Sequence record: NC_070909
Direction: 5' to 3' (one strand)
DNA from: Escherichia phage Cartapus
Length of the DNA stretch: 33,368 nucleotides
The position numbers and the translations under genes were made by a program. Below the pieces are notes generated by a model that saw only the letters and a list, made by a program, of their open reading frames with translations, was not told the DNA's origin and ran no database searches. The first letter of the stretch is position 1. Each line of letters begins with the position of its first letter. This document shows positions 26,463-33,368 of this stretch, in pieces.

Positions 26463-26491
26463 TTGACAATCTTGAATCAAGATCGTAATGT
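26463..26491 (+). promoter_or_regulatory. candidate rightward early promoter (TTGACA-N17-TAATGT) with an embedded palindromic operator
   Basis: TTGACA at 26463-26468, TAATGT at 26486-26491, and the palindrome ATCTTGA-A-TCAAGAT at 26469-26483 between them. Further TCTTGA half-sites lie downstream. Confidence 0.4.
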
Positions 26492-26570
26492 CTTCATGTC
26501 TCTTGATGTGAGAGTTTAAGAGACGGGCTAAAACGAACTAACACGCACACAAAGTAAGAGATACTGCACT

Positions 26571-26813
26571 ATGAGTACTGATATTTCAATTCGTGTACCA
26601 AAAGAGATGGCTACGCCTGCAGAGTTCGCAGAGTGGGAGGGTATTTCCCGCGGCTCTGTTTACCAAAAAATTCACCATGGTCAACTTGCTAAGTACATGG
26701 TCAAGAAAGAAAAAAACAAAGGTCGCGTAAGCCTGCGTTATCTGATGTACAAAACCGATCAGGTCCGTGAATCCCTCGGTCATTCCAACTTCCGAGTCAT
26801 TGTTGGTAAGTAA
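26571..26813 (+). CDS. Apl/Cox-like small HTH protein (excisionase/transcription switch)
   Basis: 80-aa first gene of the rightward operon, with HTH-like FAEWEGISRGSVYQKIHHGQL. Coordinates taken from the ORF track; my own base count put the start codon one position earlier. Confidence 0.6.
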   Translation: MSTDISIRVPKEMATPAEFAEWEGISRGSVYQKIHHGQLAKYMVKKEKNKGRVSLRYLMYKTDQVRESLGHSNFRVIVGK

Positions 26814-26846
26814 GTTCAATTATGGGAACTTTCTAAGGGGGGCACC

Positions 26847-27356
26847 ATGTTTGATTACAAGATTTCCAAACATCCGCATTTCGATGAAGCCTGTAGGGCT
26901 TTTGCACTGCGCCACAACCTGGTGCAACTGGCAGAACGTGCAGGCATGAATGTGCAGATTCTGCGGAACAAGCTGAACCCAGCTCAACCTCATTTATTAA
27001 CTGCACCAGAAATCTGGTTGCTTACCGATCTGACTGAAGATTCAACGCTGGTAGATGGTTTTCTGGCTCAGATTCACTGCCTGCCATGTGTACCGATTAA
27101 TGAGGTGGCAAAAGAGAAACTGCCACATTACGTCATGAGTGCAACCGCAGAGATCGGGCGTGTTGCTGCAGGTGCGGTATCTGGCGATGTAAAAACCAGT
27201 GCAGGTCGTCGTGATGCTATCAGCAGCATTAACTCTGTAACACGACTGATGGCGCTGGCTGCTGTTTCATTGCAGGCCCGTTTACAGGCTAACCCTGCGA
27301 TGGCGAGTGCAGTTGATACCGTGACTGGCCTCGGTGCTTCATTCGGTTTGCTGTGA
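26847..27356 (+). CDS. cII: CII-like establishment regulator (186 CII family)
   Basis: 169-aa ORF immediately after apl, in the order cI-apl-cII typical of 186-like phages. Confidence 0.65.
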   Translation: MFDYKISKHPHFDEACRAFALRHNLVQLAERAGMNVQILRNKLNPAQPHLLTAPEIWLLTDLTEDSTLVDGFLAQIHCLPCVPINEVAKEKLPHYVMSATAEIGRVAAGAVSGDVKTSAGRRDAISSINSVTRLMALAAVSLQARLQANPAMASAVDTVTGLGASFGLL

Positions 27357-27363
27357 GGTGCTT

Positions 27364-27564
27364 ATGCTGACGAAAGAACCATCATTTGCATCGCTGCTGG
27401 TAAAACAAAGTCCGGCAATGCACTACGGTCACGGCTGGATAATGGGTAAGGATGGTAAACGCTGGCATCCGTGCCGTTCACAAGATGAATTGCTGGCAGA
27501 ACTATCAACGAAAAAACGGGGGAACAAATGGCTATTGAAGGCGCTGCGGCGACTGTTCCATTAA
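27364..27564 (+). CDS. hypothetical small early protein
   Basis: Track ORF 27334-27564. ATG at 27364 (MLTKEPSF...), 66 aa, basic C-terminus. Confidence 0.4.
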   Translation: MLTKEPSFASLLVKQSPAMHYGHGWIMGKDGKRWHPCRSQDELLAELSTKKRGNKWLLKALRRLFH

Positions 27565-27664
27565 GCCCCGGCGAACGCCTGAATGGACTTAATCACATTG
27601 CGGAATTAAGGGCGAAAGTTTTGGCCTTAATATTGAGTCAGAGCTTGAGCGGTTTATTAAAGAT

Positions 27665-27868
27665 ATGCGTGATCCACGGGATATCAATAATGAACAAAAT
27701 AAACGGGCACTGGCTGCCATATTCTTTATGGCAAAAATTCCAGCTGAACGTCATAGCATCAGCATTAGTGAGCTGACCACTGATGAAAAGCGGGAGTTGA
27801 TTAAAGCAATGAATCATTTTCGTGCAGTGGTGAGCTTATTTCCAAGACGGCTAACCATGCCGAATTAA
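27665..27868 (+). CDS. hypothetical small early protein
   Basis: 67-aa ORF. Alternative overlapping ORF 27528-27776 makes gene choice here uncertain. Confidence 0.3.
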   Translation: MRDPRDINNEQNKRALAAIFFMAKIPAERHSISISELTTDEKRELIKAMNHFRAVVSLFPRRLTMPN

Positions 27869-27935
27869 CCAACTAATGAAATTAATGGCGTAAACCCGCC
27901 GGGCATCCCTTTATCTAAATTCAGGAGAATTGATT

Positions 27936-28169
27936 ATGCGTAATATTGAAACCCTCACAACCAAAGCCGGACCGGATGACGCAGGGCTTAATATTTTACT
28001 GACAGAGGCTCGTCTGGAAGAACGCCGGGCAAGGGCTGAAGCAATGGCAGCTCGCCTTGATAGCCTGGCGTGTCATATCACATCCCGCCAGCTAAACCAC
28101 GTCGAAGCGGCAGAACTACTGCGTGTAACTGCTGAAGCAATCCAGAACGAAGCGCAGGAGATCCACTAA
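27936..28169 (+). CDS. hypothetical small early protein
   Basis: ATG at 27936 with AGGAGA RBS (MRNIETLTTKAG...), 77 aa. Stop overlaps the next gene start (TAATG). Confidence 0.45.
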   Translation: MRNIETLTTKAGPDDAGLNILLTEARLEERRARAEAMAARLDSLACHITSRQLNHVEAAELLRVTAEAIQNEAQEIH

Positions 28170-28396
28170 TGGCTGATGCAATGGATCTCGTACAGCAGCG
28201 CGTTGAAGAAGAACGCCAGCGCCATATTCGTGCTGCCCGTGCCAAAACACCGGGCGTGTCTCGCGTGCTTTGTATTGAATGTGAAGCGCCAATTCCGCCG
28301 GCACGACGCCGCGCCATTCCGGGAGTGCAGCTTTGCATTACCTGCCAGGAAATCGCAGAGCTGAAAGGCAAACATTACAACGGAGGTGCTGTATGA
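28169..28396 (+). CDS. TraR/DksA-family C4 zinc-finger protein
   Basis: 75 aa with C-x2-C...C-x2-C (CIECEAP...CITCQE), typical of phage TraR/DksA-like proteins. Confidence 0.65.
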   Translation: MADAMDLVQQRVEEERQRHIRAARAKTPGVSRVLCIECEAPIPPARRRAIPGVQLCITCQEIAELKGKHYNGGAV

Positions 28397-29250
28397 GCAC
28401 CATCCTGAAATGGGCGGGAAATAAAACCGCCAATATGTCCGAACTGAAAAAACACCTTCCTGCTGGCCCGCGACTGGTTGAACCTTTCGCGGGTTCCTGT
28501 GCTGTGATGATGGAGACGGATTACCCCAGCTATCTGGTTGCGGATATTAATCCTGATTTAATCAACCTCTATAAAAAGGTTGCCGCTGATTGTGAATCGT
28601 TTATATCTCGCGCCAGAGTTTTATTTGAGATCGCAAACAGGGAGGTGGCTTATTACAACATAAGGCAGGAGTTTAATTACTCCACTGAAATTACTGATTT
28701 CATGAAAGCGGTATATTTCCTGTATCTCAATCGTCACGGTTACCGTGGTTTATGTCGTTATAACAAGAGCGGGCATTTCAACATTCCCTACGGTAATTAT
28801 AAAAATCCGTATTTCCCTGAAAAAGAAATTCGTGCATTTGCAGAAAAAGCCCAGCGGGCAACATTTATCTGCGCCAGCTTCGATGAAACGCTGGCAATGT
28901 TGCACGCGGGAGATGTGGTGTATTGCGATCCGCCGTATGACGGTACGTTTTCCGGCTATCACACTGATGGTTTCACTGAAGATGACCAGTATCACCTGGC
29001 ATCCGTTCTTGAACATCGGTCATCAGAAGGACATCCAGTCATTGTTTCTAACAGTGACACATCCCTGATCCGTTCGCTGTATCGCAATTTTACTCACCAC
29101 TATATCAAGGTAAAACGCAGCATCGGTGTGGCAGCTGGCGAGGGTAAATCAGCAACAGAAATCATTGCTGTTTCCGGGCCGTGCTGCTGGATGGGATTTG
29201 ATTATTCGCGTGGCGTGGATAGTTCTGCCGTGTACGGAGTACGTGCATGA
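28393..29250 (+). CDS. dam: DNA adenine methyltransferase (Dam-like, N6-adenine, DPPY motif)
   Basis: Track ORF 28333-29250. ATG at 28393 with GGAGG RBS gives [11 protein letters not shown]..., like the Dam N-terminus. Catalytic DPPY is present (VYCDPPYDG). Confidence 0.85.
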   Translation: MSTILKWAGNKTANMSELKKHLPAGPRLVEPFAGSCAVMMETDYPSYLVADINPDLINLYKKVAADCESFISRARVLFEIANREVAYYNIRQEFNYSTEITDFMKAVYFLYLNRHGYRGLCRYNKSGHFNIPYGNYKNPYFPEKEIRAFAEKAQRATFICASFDETLAMLHAGDVVYCDPPYDGTFSGYHTDGFTEDDQYHLASVLEHRSSEGHPVIVSNSDTSLIRSLYRNFTHHYIKVKRSIGVAAGEGKSATEIIAVSGPCCWMGFDYSRGVDSSAVYGVRA

Positions 29251-31661
29251 CTCATGCCGATATGAACAACTGCTGCGGCTTTAACGAGGCTGCCGCAGCA
29301 TTCTCATGGAACAGCCCGAAAAAGGCCATTAACCCTTATCTGGACCCGGCGGAAGTTGCGCCGGTTTCTACGCTTTCAAACCTGATCACTCTGTACGCTG
29401 CCGATAACGAGCAGGAACAGTTGCGCCGCGAGGCACTGAGTGATCAGGTCTGGGAGCGTTATTTCTTTAATGAATCACGTGATCCTGTCCAGCGCGAAAT
29501 GGAGCAGGATAAGCTCATTAGCCGGGCAAAGCTGGCGCATGAGCAGCAGCGTTTTAATTCAGACATGGTCATTCTGGCGGACGTCAACGCCCAGCCTTCC
29601 CATATCAGCAAGCCGCTGATGCAACGTATTGAATACTTCAGCAGCCTGGGCAGGCCAAAGGCTTATTCCCGCTATTTACGTGAGACGATTAAGCCATGTC
29701 TGGAACGACTGGAGCATGTACGCGACAGTCAGCTATCTGCATCTTTTCGCTTTATGGCAAGCCATGAAGGGCTGGACGGCCTGCTGATCCTGCCTGAAAT
29801 GAGTCAGGATCAGGTGAAACGCCTGTCCACCCTGGTAGCTGCGCATATGAGTATGTGCCTTGATGCAGCTTGTGGTGATTTGTATGCCACCGATGACGTT
29901 AAGCCAGAAGAAATCCGCAAGACATGGGAAAAGGTGGCAGCGGAAACCCTGCGTCTGGATGTCATCCCACCTGCGTTTGAGCAACTCCGTCGGAAAAGAA
30001 ACCGCCGTAAACCCGTGCCCTATGAACTCATTCCGGGTTCGCTGGCGCGTATGTTGTGCGCCGACTGGTGGTATCGGAAATTATGGAAGATGCGTTGCGA
30101 ATGGCGGGAAGAGCAGTTGCGCGCTGTTTGCCTGGTCAGCAAAAAAGCATCTCCTTATGTCAGCTATGAAGCCGTGATGCATAAACGTGAGCAGCGCCGT
30201 AAGTCGCTGGAGTTTTTCCGTTCTCATGAACTGGTGAACGAAGACGGCGACACGCTGGACATGGAGGATGTGGTAAACGCCAGCAGCAGCAACCCTGCGC
30301 ATCGCCGCAATGAGATGATGGCCTGTGTTAAAGGTCTGGAGCTTATCGCGGAAATGCGCGGTGACTGCGCCGTTTTCTACACTATCACCTGTCCGTCGCG
30401 TTTCCATTCCACGCTAAATAACGGCAGACCAAACCCGACCTGGACAAACGCGACGGTAAGACAAAGCAGCGATTATCTGGTCGGCATGTTTGCTGCATTT
30501 CGTAAGGCGATGCACAAAGCCGGGTTGCGCTGGTATGGCGTGCGGGTGGCTGAGCCGCATCATGATGGCACAGTTCACTGGCACCTGTTGTGTTTCATGC
30601 GCAAAAAAGACCGCCGTGCCATCACTGCATTACTGCGTAAGTTTGCCATCCGTGAAGACCGCGAGGAGCTGGGCAATAACACTGGGCCGCGCTTTAAGTC
30701 TGAGTTGATTAACCCGCGCAAAGGAACGCCGACAAGCTACATCGCGAAATATATCAGTAAGAACATTGACGGTCGTGGTCTGGCTGGCGAGATCAGCAAG
30801 GAAACGGGTAAATCTCTGCGTGATAACGCTGAATACGTGAATGCCTGGGCGTCTTTGCATCGTGTTCAGCAATTCCGCTTCTTTGGCATTCCGGGGCGTC
30901 AGGCTTACCGTGAACTGCGATTGTTGGCTGGTCAGGCGGCAAGGCAACAGGGGGACAAAAATGCAGGTGCGCCGGTACTGGATAACCCGCGTCTTGATGC
31001 CATTCTGGCTGCTGCTGATGCTGGTTGTTTTGCCACCTACATCATGAAGCAGGGCGGCGTACTGGTTCCCCGTAAATATCACCTCATCAGAACCGCTTAT
31101 GAAATCAACGAAGAGCCGACCGCCTATGGCGATCACGGCATTCGTATTTATGGCATCTGGTCACCCATTGCAGAGGGCAAGATCTGCACTCATGCAGTGA
31201 AGTGGAAAATGGTTCGTAAAGCCGTTGACGTTCAGGAGGCGGCAGCCGACCAGGGCGCTTGCGCCCCTTGGACTCGTGGCAATAACTGTCCCCTTGCTGA
31301 AAATTTGAACCAACAAGGGAAAGACAAATCAGCTGATGGGGATACCAGAACGGAAATCACCCGCATGGATGACAAGGAATTGCACGATTACCTGCACAGT
31401 ATGAGCAAAAAAGAGCGCCGGGAACTGGCAGCAAGGTTACGCCTGGTTAAACCGAAACGGCGTAAAGACTACAAACAGCGAATTACAGATCATCAGCGAC
31501 AGCAGCTCGTCTATGAACTGAAGTCCAGAGGATTTGATGGCAGCGAGAAAGAGGTCGATTTACTCCTTCGCGGCGGCAGTATTCCGTCAGGAGCAGGCCT
31601 GCGTATCTTCTATCGGAACCAGCGTCTGCAGGAGGATGATAAATGGCGGAACCTGTATTAA
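29247..31661 (+). CDS. A: replication initiation endonuclease (P2 gpA-like rolling-circle initiator)
   Basis: 804-aa ORF overlapping the dam stop. Contains a [13 protein letters not shown] active-site tyrosine motif. Size and position as P2 A. Confidence 0.9.
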   Translation: MTHADMNNCCGFNEAAAAFSWNSPKKAINPYLDPAEVAPVSTLSNLITLYAADNEQEQLRREALSDQVWERYFFNESRDPVQREMEQDKLISRAKLAHEQQRFNSDMVILADVNAQPSHISKPLMQRIEYFSSLGRPKAYSRYLRETIKPCLERLEHVRDSQLSASFRFMASHEGLDGLLILPEMSQDQVKRLSTLVAAHMSMCLDAACGDLYATDDVKPEEIRKTWEKVAAETLRLDVIPPAFEQLRRKRNRRKPVPYELIPGSLARMLCADWWYRKLWKMRCEWREEQLRAVCLVSKKASPYVSYEAVMHKREQRRKSLEFFRSHELVNEDGDTLDMEDVVNASSSNPAHRRNEMMACVKGLELIAEMRGDCAVFYTITCPSRFHSTLNNGRPNPTWTNATVRQSSDYLVGMFAAFRKAMHKAGLRWYGVRVAEPHHDGTVHWHLLCFMRKKDRRAITALLRKFAIREDREELGNNTGPRFKSELINPRKGTPTSYIAKYISKNIDGRGLAGEISKETGKSLRDNAEYVNAWASLHRVQQFRFFGIPGRQAYRELRLLAGQAARQQGDKNAGAPVLDNPRLDAILAAADAGCFATYIMKQGGVLVPRKYHLIRTAYEINEEPTAYGDHGIRIYGIWSPIAEGKICTHAVKWKMVRKAVDVQEAAADQGACAPWTRGNNCPLAENLNQQGKDKSADGDTRTEITRMDDKELHDYLHSMSKKERRELAARLRLVKPKRRKDYKQRITDHQRQQLVYELKSRGFDGSEKEVDLLLRGGSIPSGAGLRIFYRNQRLQEDDKWRNLY

Positions 31662-31753
31662 TTACGCAGGTTAACAATTCGTGCTCTTAATAATACCAGG
31701 CATATCAGGCTGATGAGCGTAAAAAAACGTTTTACATCAGTAAGATTATTATA

Positions 31754-31773
31754 TACTGTAAATATAAACAGTG
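31754..31773. promoter_or_regulatory. LexA (SOS) box TACTGTAAATATAAACAGTG
   Basis: CTGT-N8-ACAG with an AT-rich spacer, about 40 nt upstream of the tum-like ORF start. Confidence 0.6.
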
Positions 31774-31813
31774 GTTATGTATACAGTGTTGCTTTGGTGT
31801 CATAGGAGGAAAG

Positions 31814-32002
31814 ATGCAGGACTATTTTTTGGAGTCTTTGAAGCTCCAGCGCATTGATTTTTTTCTTAAGCTTGTAGCGGCTAGTGAGTGTAGTGATGAA
31901 GAGAAGGGGCTGGCCCTGCAGTGGGTTTCTGAACTGACAGATGAACTCATGGCAAAAATCAGAACCCACGAATACAACCGCTCAATGGATGTCATCAGCT
32001 GA
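31814..32002 (+). CDS. tum: Tum-like SOS-inducible antirepressor (putative)
   Basis: 62-aa ORF with AGGAGGA RBS directly downstream of the LexA box, followed by a DinI-like ORF, as at the phage 186 tum locus. Confidence 0.45.
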   Translation: MQDYFLESLKLQRIDFFLKLVAASECSDEEKGLALQWVSELTDELMAKIRTHEYNRSMDVIS

Positions 32003-32012
32003 GGTGACTTTT

Positions 32013-32246
32013 ATGCGCATTGAAATAATGATCGATAAAGAGCAGAAGATTAGCCAGTCTACCCTGGACGCTCTGGAGTCCGAGCTTTACCGCAACCTGC
32101 AACCCATCTATCCCAAGACAGCTATCCGCATCCGTAAAGGGTCGGCAAACGGCGTTGAGCTGAGTGGCTTAAAGCTTGATGAAGACAAAAAGCGGGTGAT
32201 GGAAATTATGCAGCAGGTTTGGGAAGACGACAGCTGGCTGCACTAA
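32013..32246 (+). CDS. DinI-like protein
   Basis: Track ORF 31941-32246. The ATG at 32013 gives MRIEIMIDKEQKISQSTLDALESELYRNLQ..., closely parallel to E. coli DinI as recalled. 77 aa. Confidence 0.75.
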   Translation: MRIEIMIDKEQKISQSTLDALESELYRNLQPIYPKTAIRIRKGSANGVELSGLKLDEDKKRVMEIMQQVWEDDSWLH

Positions 32247-32319
32247 GGAACGTTCCTGATGTAAGAACTTGATTCTGACGTCAGCAAGGTTGAACAACGA
32301 GAGTAGCGAGGCGTTAGCC

Positions 32320-32580
32320 ATGGGTAAAAAAGACAGTAATCACCAGATTATTTATCGGGGCCAGGTGCTGGAACGGTTTACCCCTGGCGGCTGGGTCTTC
32401 TTTCAACGCCCAAAGGAGTGTGGCGGAGGTTTTTGGTTGGGCCGCACCTATGAAGACTGCTTCTGGCTTGAGCTGGAATTCCCCGTTTCGCTATATGACG
32501 GCCTGGAGTTTTTGATGGAAGTCACCAGGGTAGAGCAGAGAAGTGATGAGGTTGACGCGAATTATTCCCTGTTTGATTAA
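32320..32580 (+). CDS. hypothetical protein (accessory, cos-proximal)
   Basis: Track ORF 32269-32580. ATG at 32320 (MGKKDSNHQIIYRGQ...), 86 aa. No domain recognised. Confidence 0.4.
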   Translation: MGKKDSNHQIIYRGQVLERFTPGGWVFFQRPKECGGGFWLGRTYEDCFWLELEFPVSLYDGLEFLMEVTRVEQRSDEVDANYSLFD

Positions 32581-32628
32581 AAATGTATTAGCTTATAATG
32601 GAATACTATTTTTGCAGGTGGGGGCGCA

Positions 32629-33240
32629 ATGGATTTAGTCTTTAAAATTCTGGCTTCGTTGGGTGGGGTGTCTTTTGTTGCATCTGGCATATTTGTTTGG
32701 ATCGGGAAAGTTTATTTAGAAAGATATAAGTCGCGGCTAAACAAAGATATTGCTGAATTTCAATCACAACTGAGTGCAACTAATGAAAGAATAAAGGCTA
32801 AGTTAGACAATTCTGTTTATGTAACGAAAGCGTATTTTGATAAGGAGTTATCAGCATATAGTCTCATTTGGAATTCGATGTTTGAAACCAGAGAAAGCGT
32901 GCTTAAGCTGAGGCCTGCGCTGGATCATTTTGACCCCAACGAACCATTTGAAGAGAGAAAATTTAGAAGGTTGAAAGTTTTTTTCGATGCATTTAATACT
33001 TTTGTTACAAGTGTTGAGTCTAACAAACCGTTCATCTCACCAGAGGTTTATATAATCTTGGACCGTTTCCGGAAGGAATGCCTTTCAGAGTCAATATCGT
33101 TTCAGCATGGCGATCCAGAATTTGACTGGCAAAATTATTGGAAAGAGGCAGAGTTGAACCGTACAACCATCACCAAGCTTTTTGATGAGACGTGTGATGC
33201 AATTCGAGACAGGATGCACACATTAACTGTGGTTACGTAG
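32629..33240 (+). CDS. hypothetical membrane-anchored protein (accessory, cos-proximal moron)
   Basis: 203-aa AT-rich ORF with one N-terminal hydrophobic helix (LVFKILASLGGVSFVASGIFVWIG), then a charged, probably helical region. Followed by a terminator. Confidence 0.5.
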   Translation: MDLVFKILASLGGVSFVASGIFVWIGKVYLERYKSRLNKDIAEFQSQLSATNERIKAKLDNSVYVTKAYFDKELSAYSLIWNSMFETRESVLKLRPALDHFDPNEPFEERKFRRLKVFFDAFNTFVTSVESNKPFISPEVYIILDRFRKECLSESISFQHGDPEFDWQNYWKEAELNRTTITKLFDETCDAIRDRMHTLTVVT

Positions 33241-33330
33241 TTTTCCAAAAAGTCTCGATGCCCGCTTTGGCGATTGTGCATGTCTATGCCGCATGAATCC
33301 GCATGATCGTTTGAGGATCGTTTTAGCTGA

Positions 33331-33356
33331 GGCCCGCTAGGAATGGCGGGCTTTTG
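33331..33356 (+). terminator. rho-independent terminator
   Basis: GGCCCGC-TAGGAATG-GCGGGC followed by TTTTGC, about 90 nt after the stop of the 203-aa ORF. Confidence 0.55.
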
Positions 33357-33368
33357 CTTATGTCATGC

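Noticed and set aside
27528-27776. 82-aa ORF overlapping two neighbouring small ORFs
   Set aside because: Its translation is low-complexity and it overlaps both the 27364-27564 and 27665-27868 ORFs. I could not decide which frame is real, so I kept 27665-27868 at low confidence and did not annotate this one.
1-33368. Interpreting the window as an integrated prophage with host flanks and attL/attR at the edges
   Set aside because: The only att-like element (ssrA 3-prime identity) is a single copy mid-window with phage genes on both sides. No host genes are visible at either end, and a cos-like site is at the left edge. This is consistent with the phage genome order, not the prophage order.
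1-33368. CRISPR arrays, rRNA or tRNA genes, transposase/IS elements, and known P2 cargo (old, tin, Z/fun, retron-type msr/msd)
   Set aside because: No short direct repeats with regular spacers, no IS-like terminal repeats or transposase ORFs, and no ORFs resembling Old (ATPase/Toprim) or Tin were seen. The Z/fun position is occupied by the inversion module instead.

Overview
The window looks like an essentially complete genome (about 33.4 kb) of a P2/186-like temperate myovirus of Enterobacteriaceae, laid out in virion order (cos to cos) rather than as an integrated prophage. All calls rest on reading the sequence and recalled similarity to P2/186 proteins; no database search was run. From the left: a cos-like site (33-51), one cargo gene, then the P2-type morphogenesis block (Q, P, O, N, M, L, X, holin, SAR-type endolysin, overlapping spanins, R, S, V, W, J, I, H, tail-fibre assembly), an invertible tail-fibre segment bounded by 25-bp perfect inverted repeats with a Gin/Pin/Hin-family invertase, then FI, FII, E/E+E' (with a -1 frameshift site), T, U, D and ogr. 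The lysogeny/replication half follows: an attP core identical to the last 45 nt of ssrA (tmRNA), tyrosine integrase, CI-like repressor, Apl/Cox-like and CII-like genes, small early ORFs, a TraR/DksA-type zinc-finger protein, a Dam methyltransferase, the A-type replication initiator, and a LexA-box-controlled tum/dinI-like SOS module. The main interest is in AT-richer accessory genes at classic P2 moron positions, none of which I recognise as a characterised system: a zinc-ribbon/DUF4145-like protein between cos and Q, an 86-aa ORF plus a 203-aa membrane-anchored protein just before the right end, a 176-aa ORF in the orf30 slot between S and V, a small WYL-like+BRCT protein between ogr and attP, and a 401-aa protein with a RES-domain-like core between attP and int. 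Coordinates of short motifs may be off by 1-2 nt.
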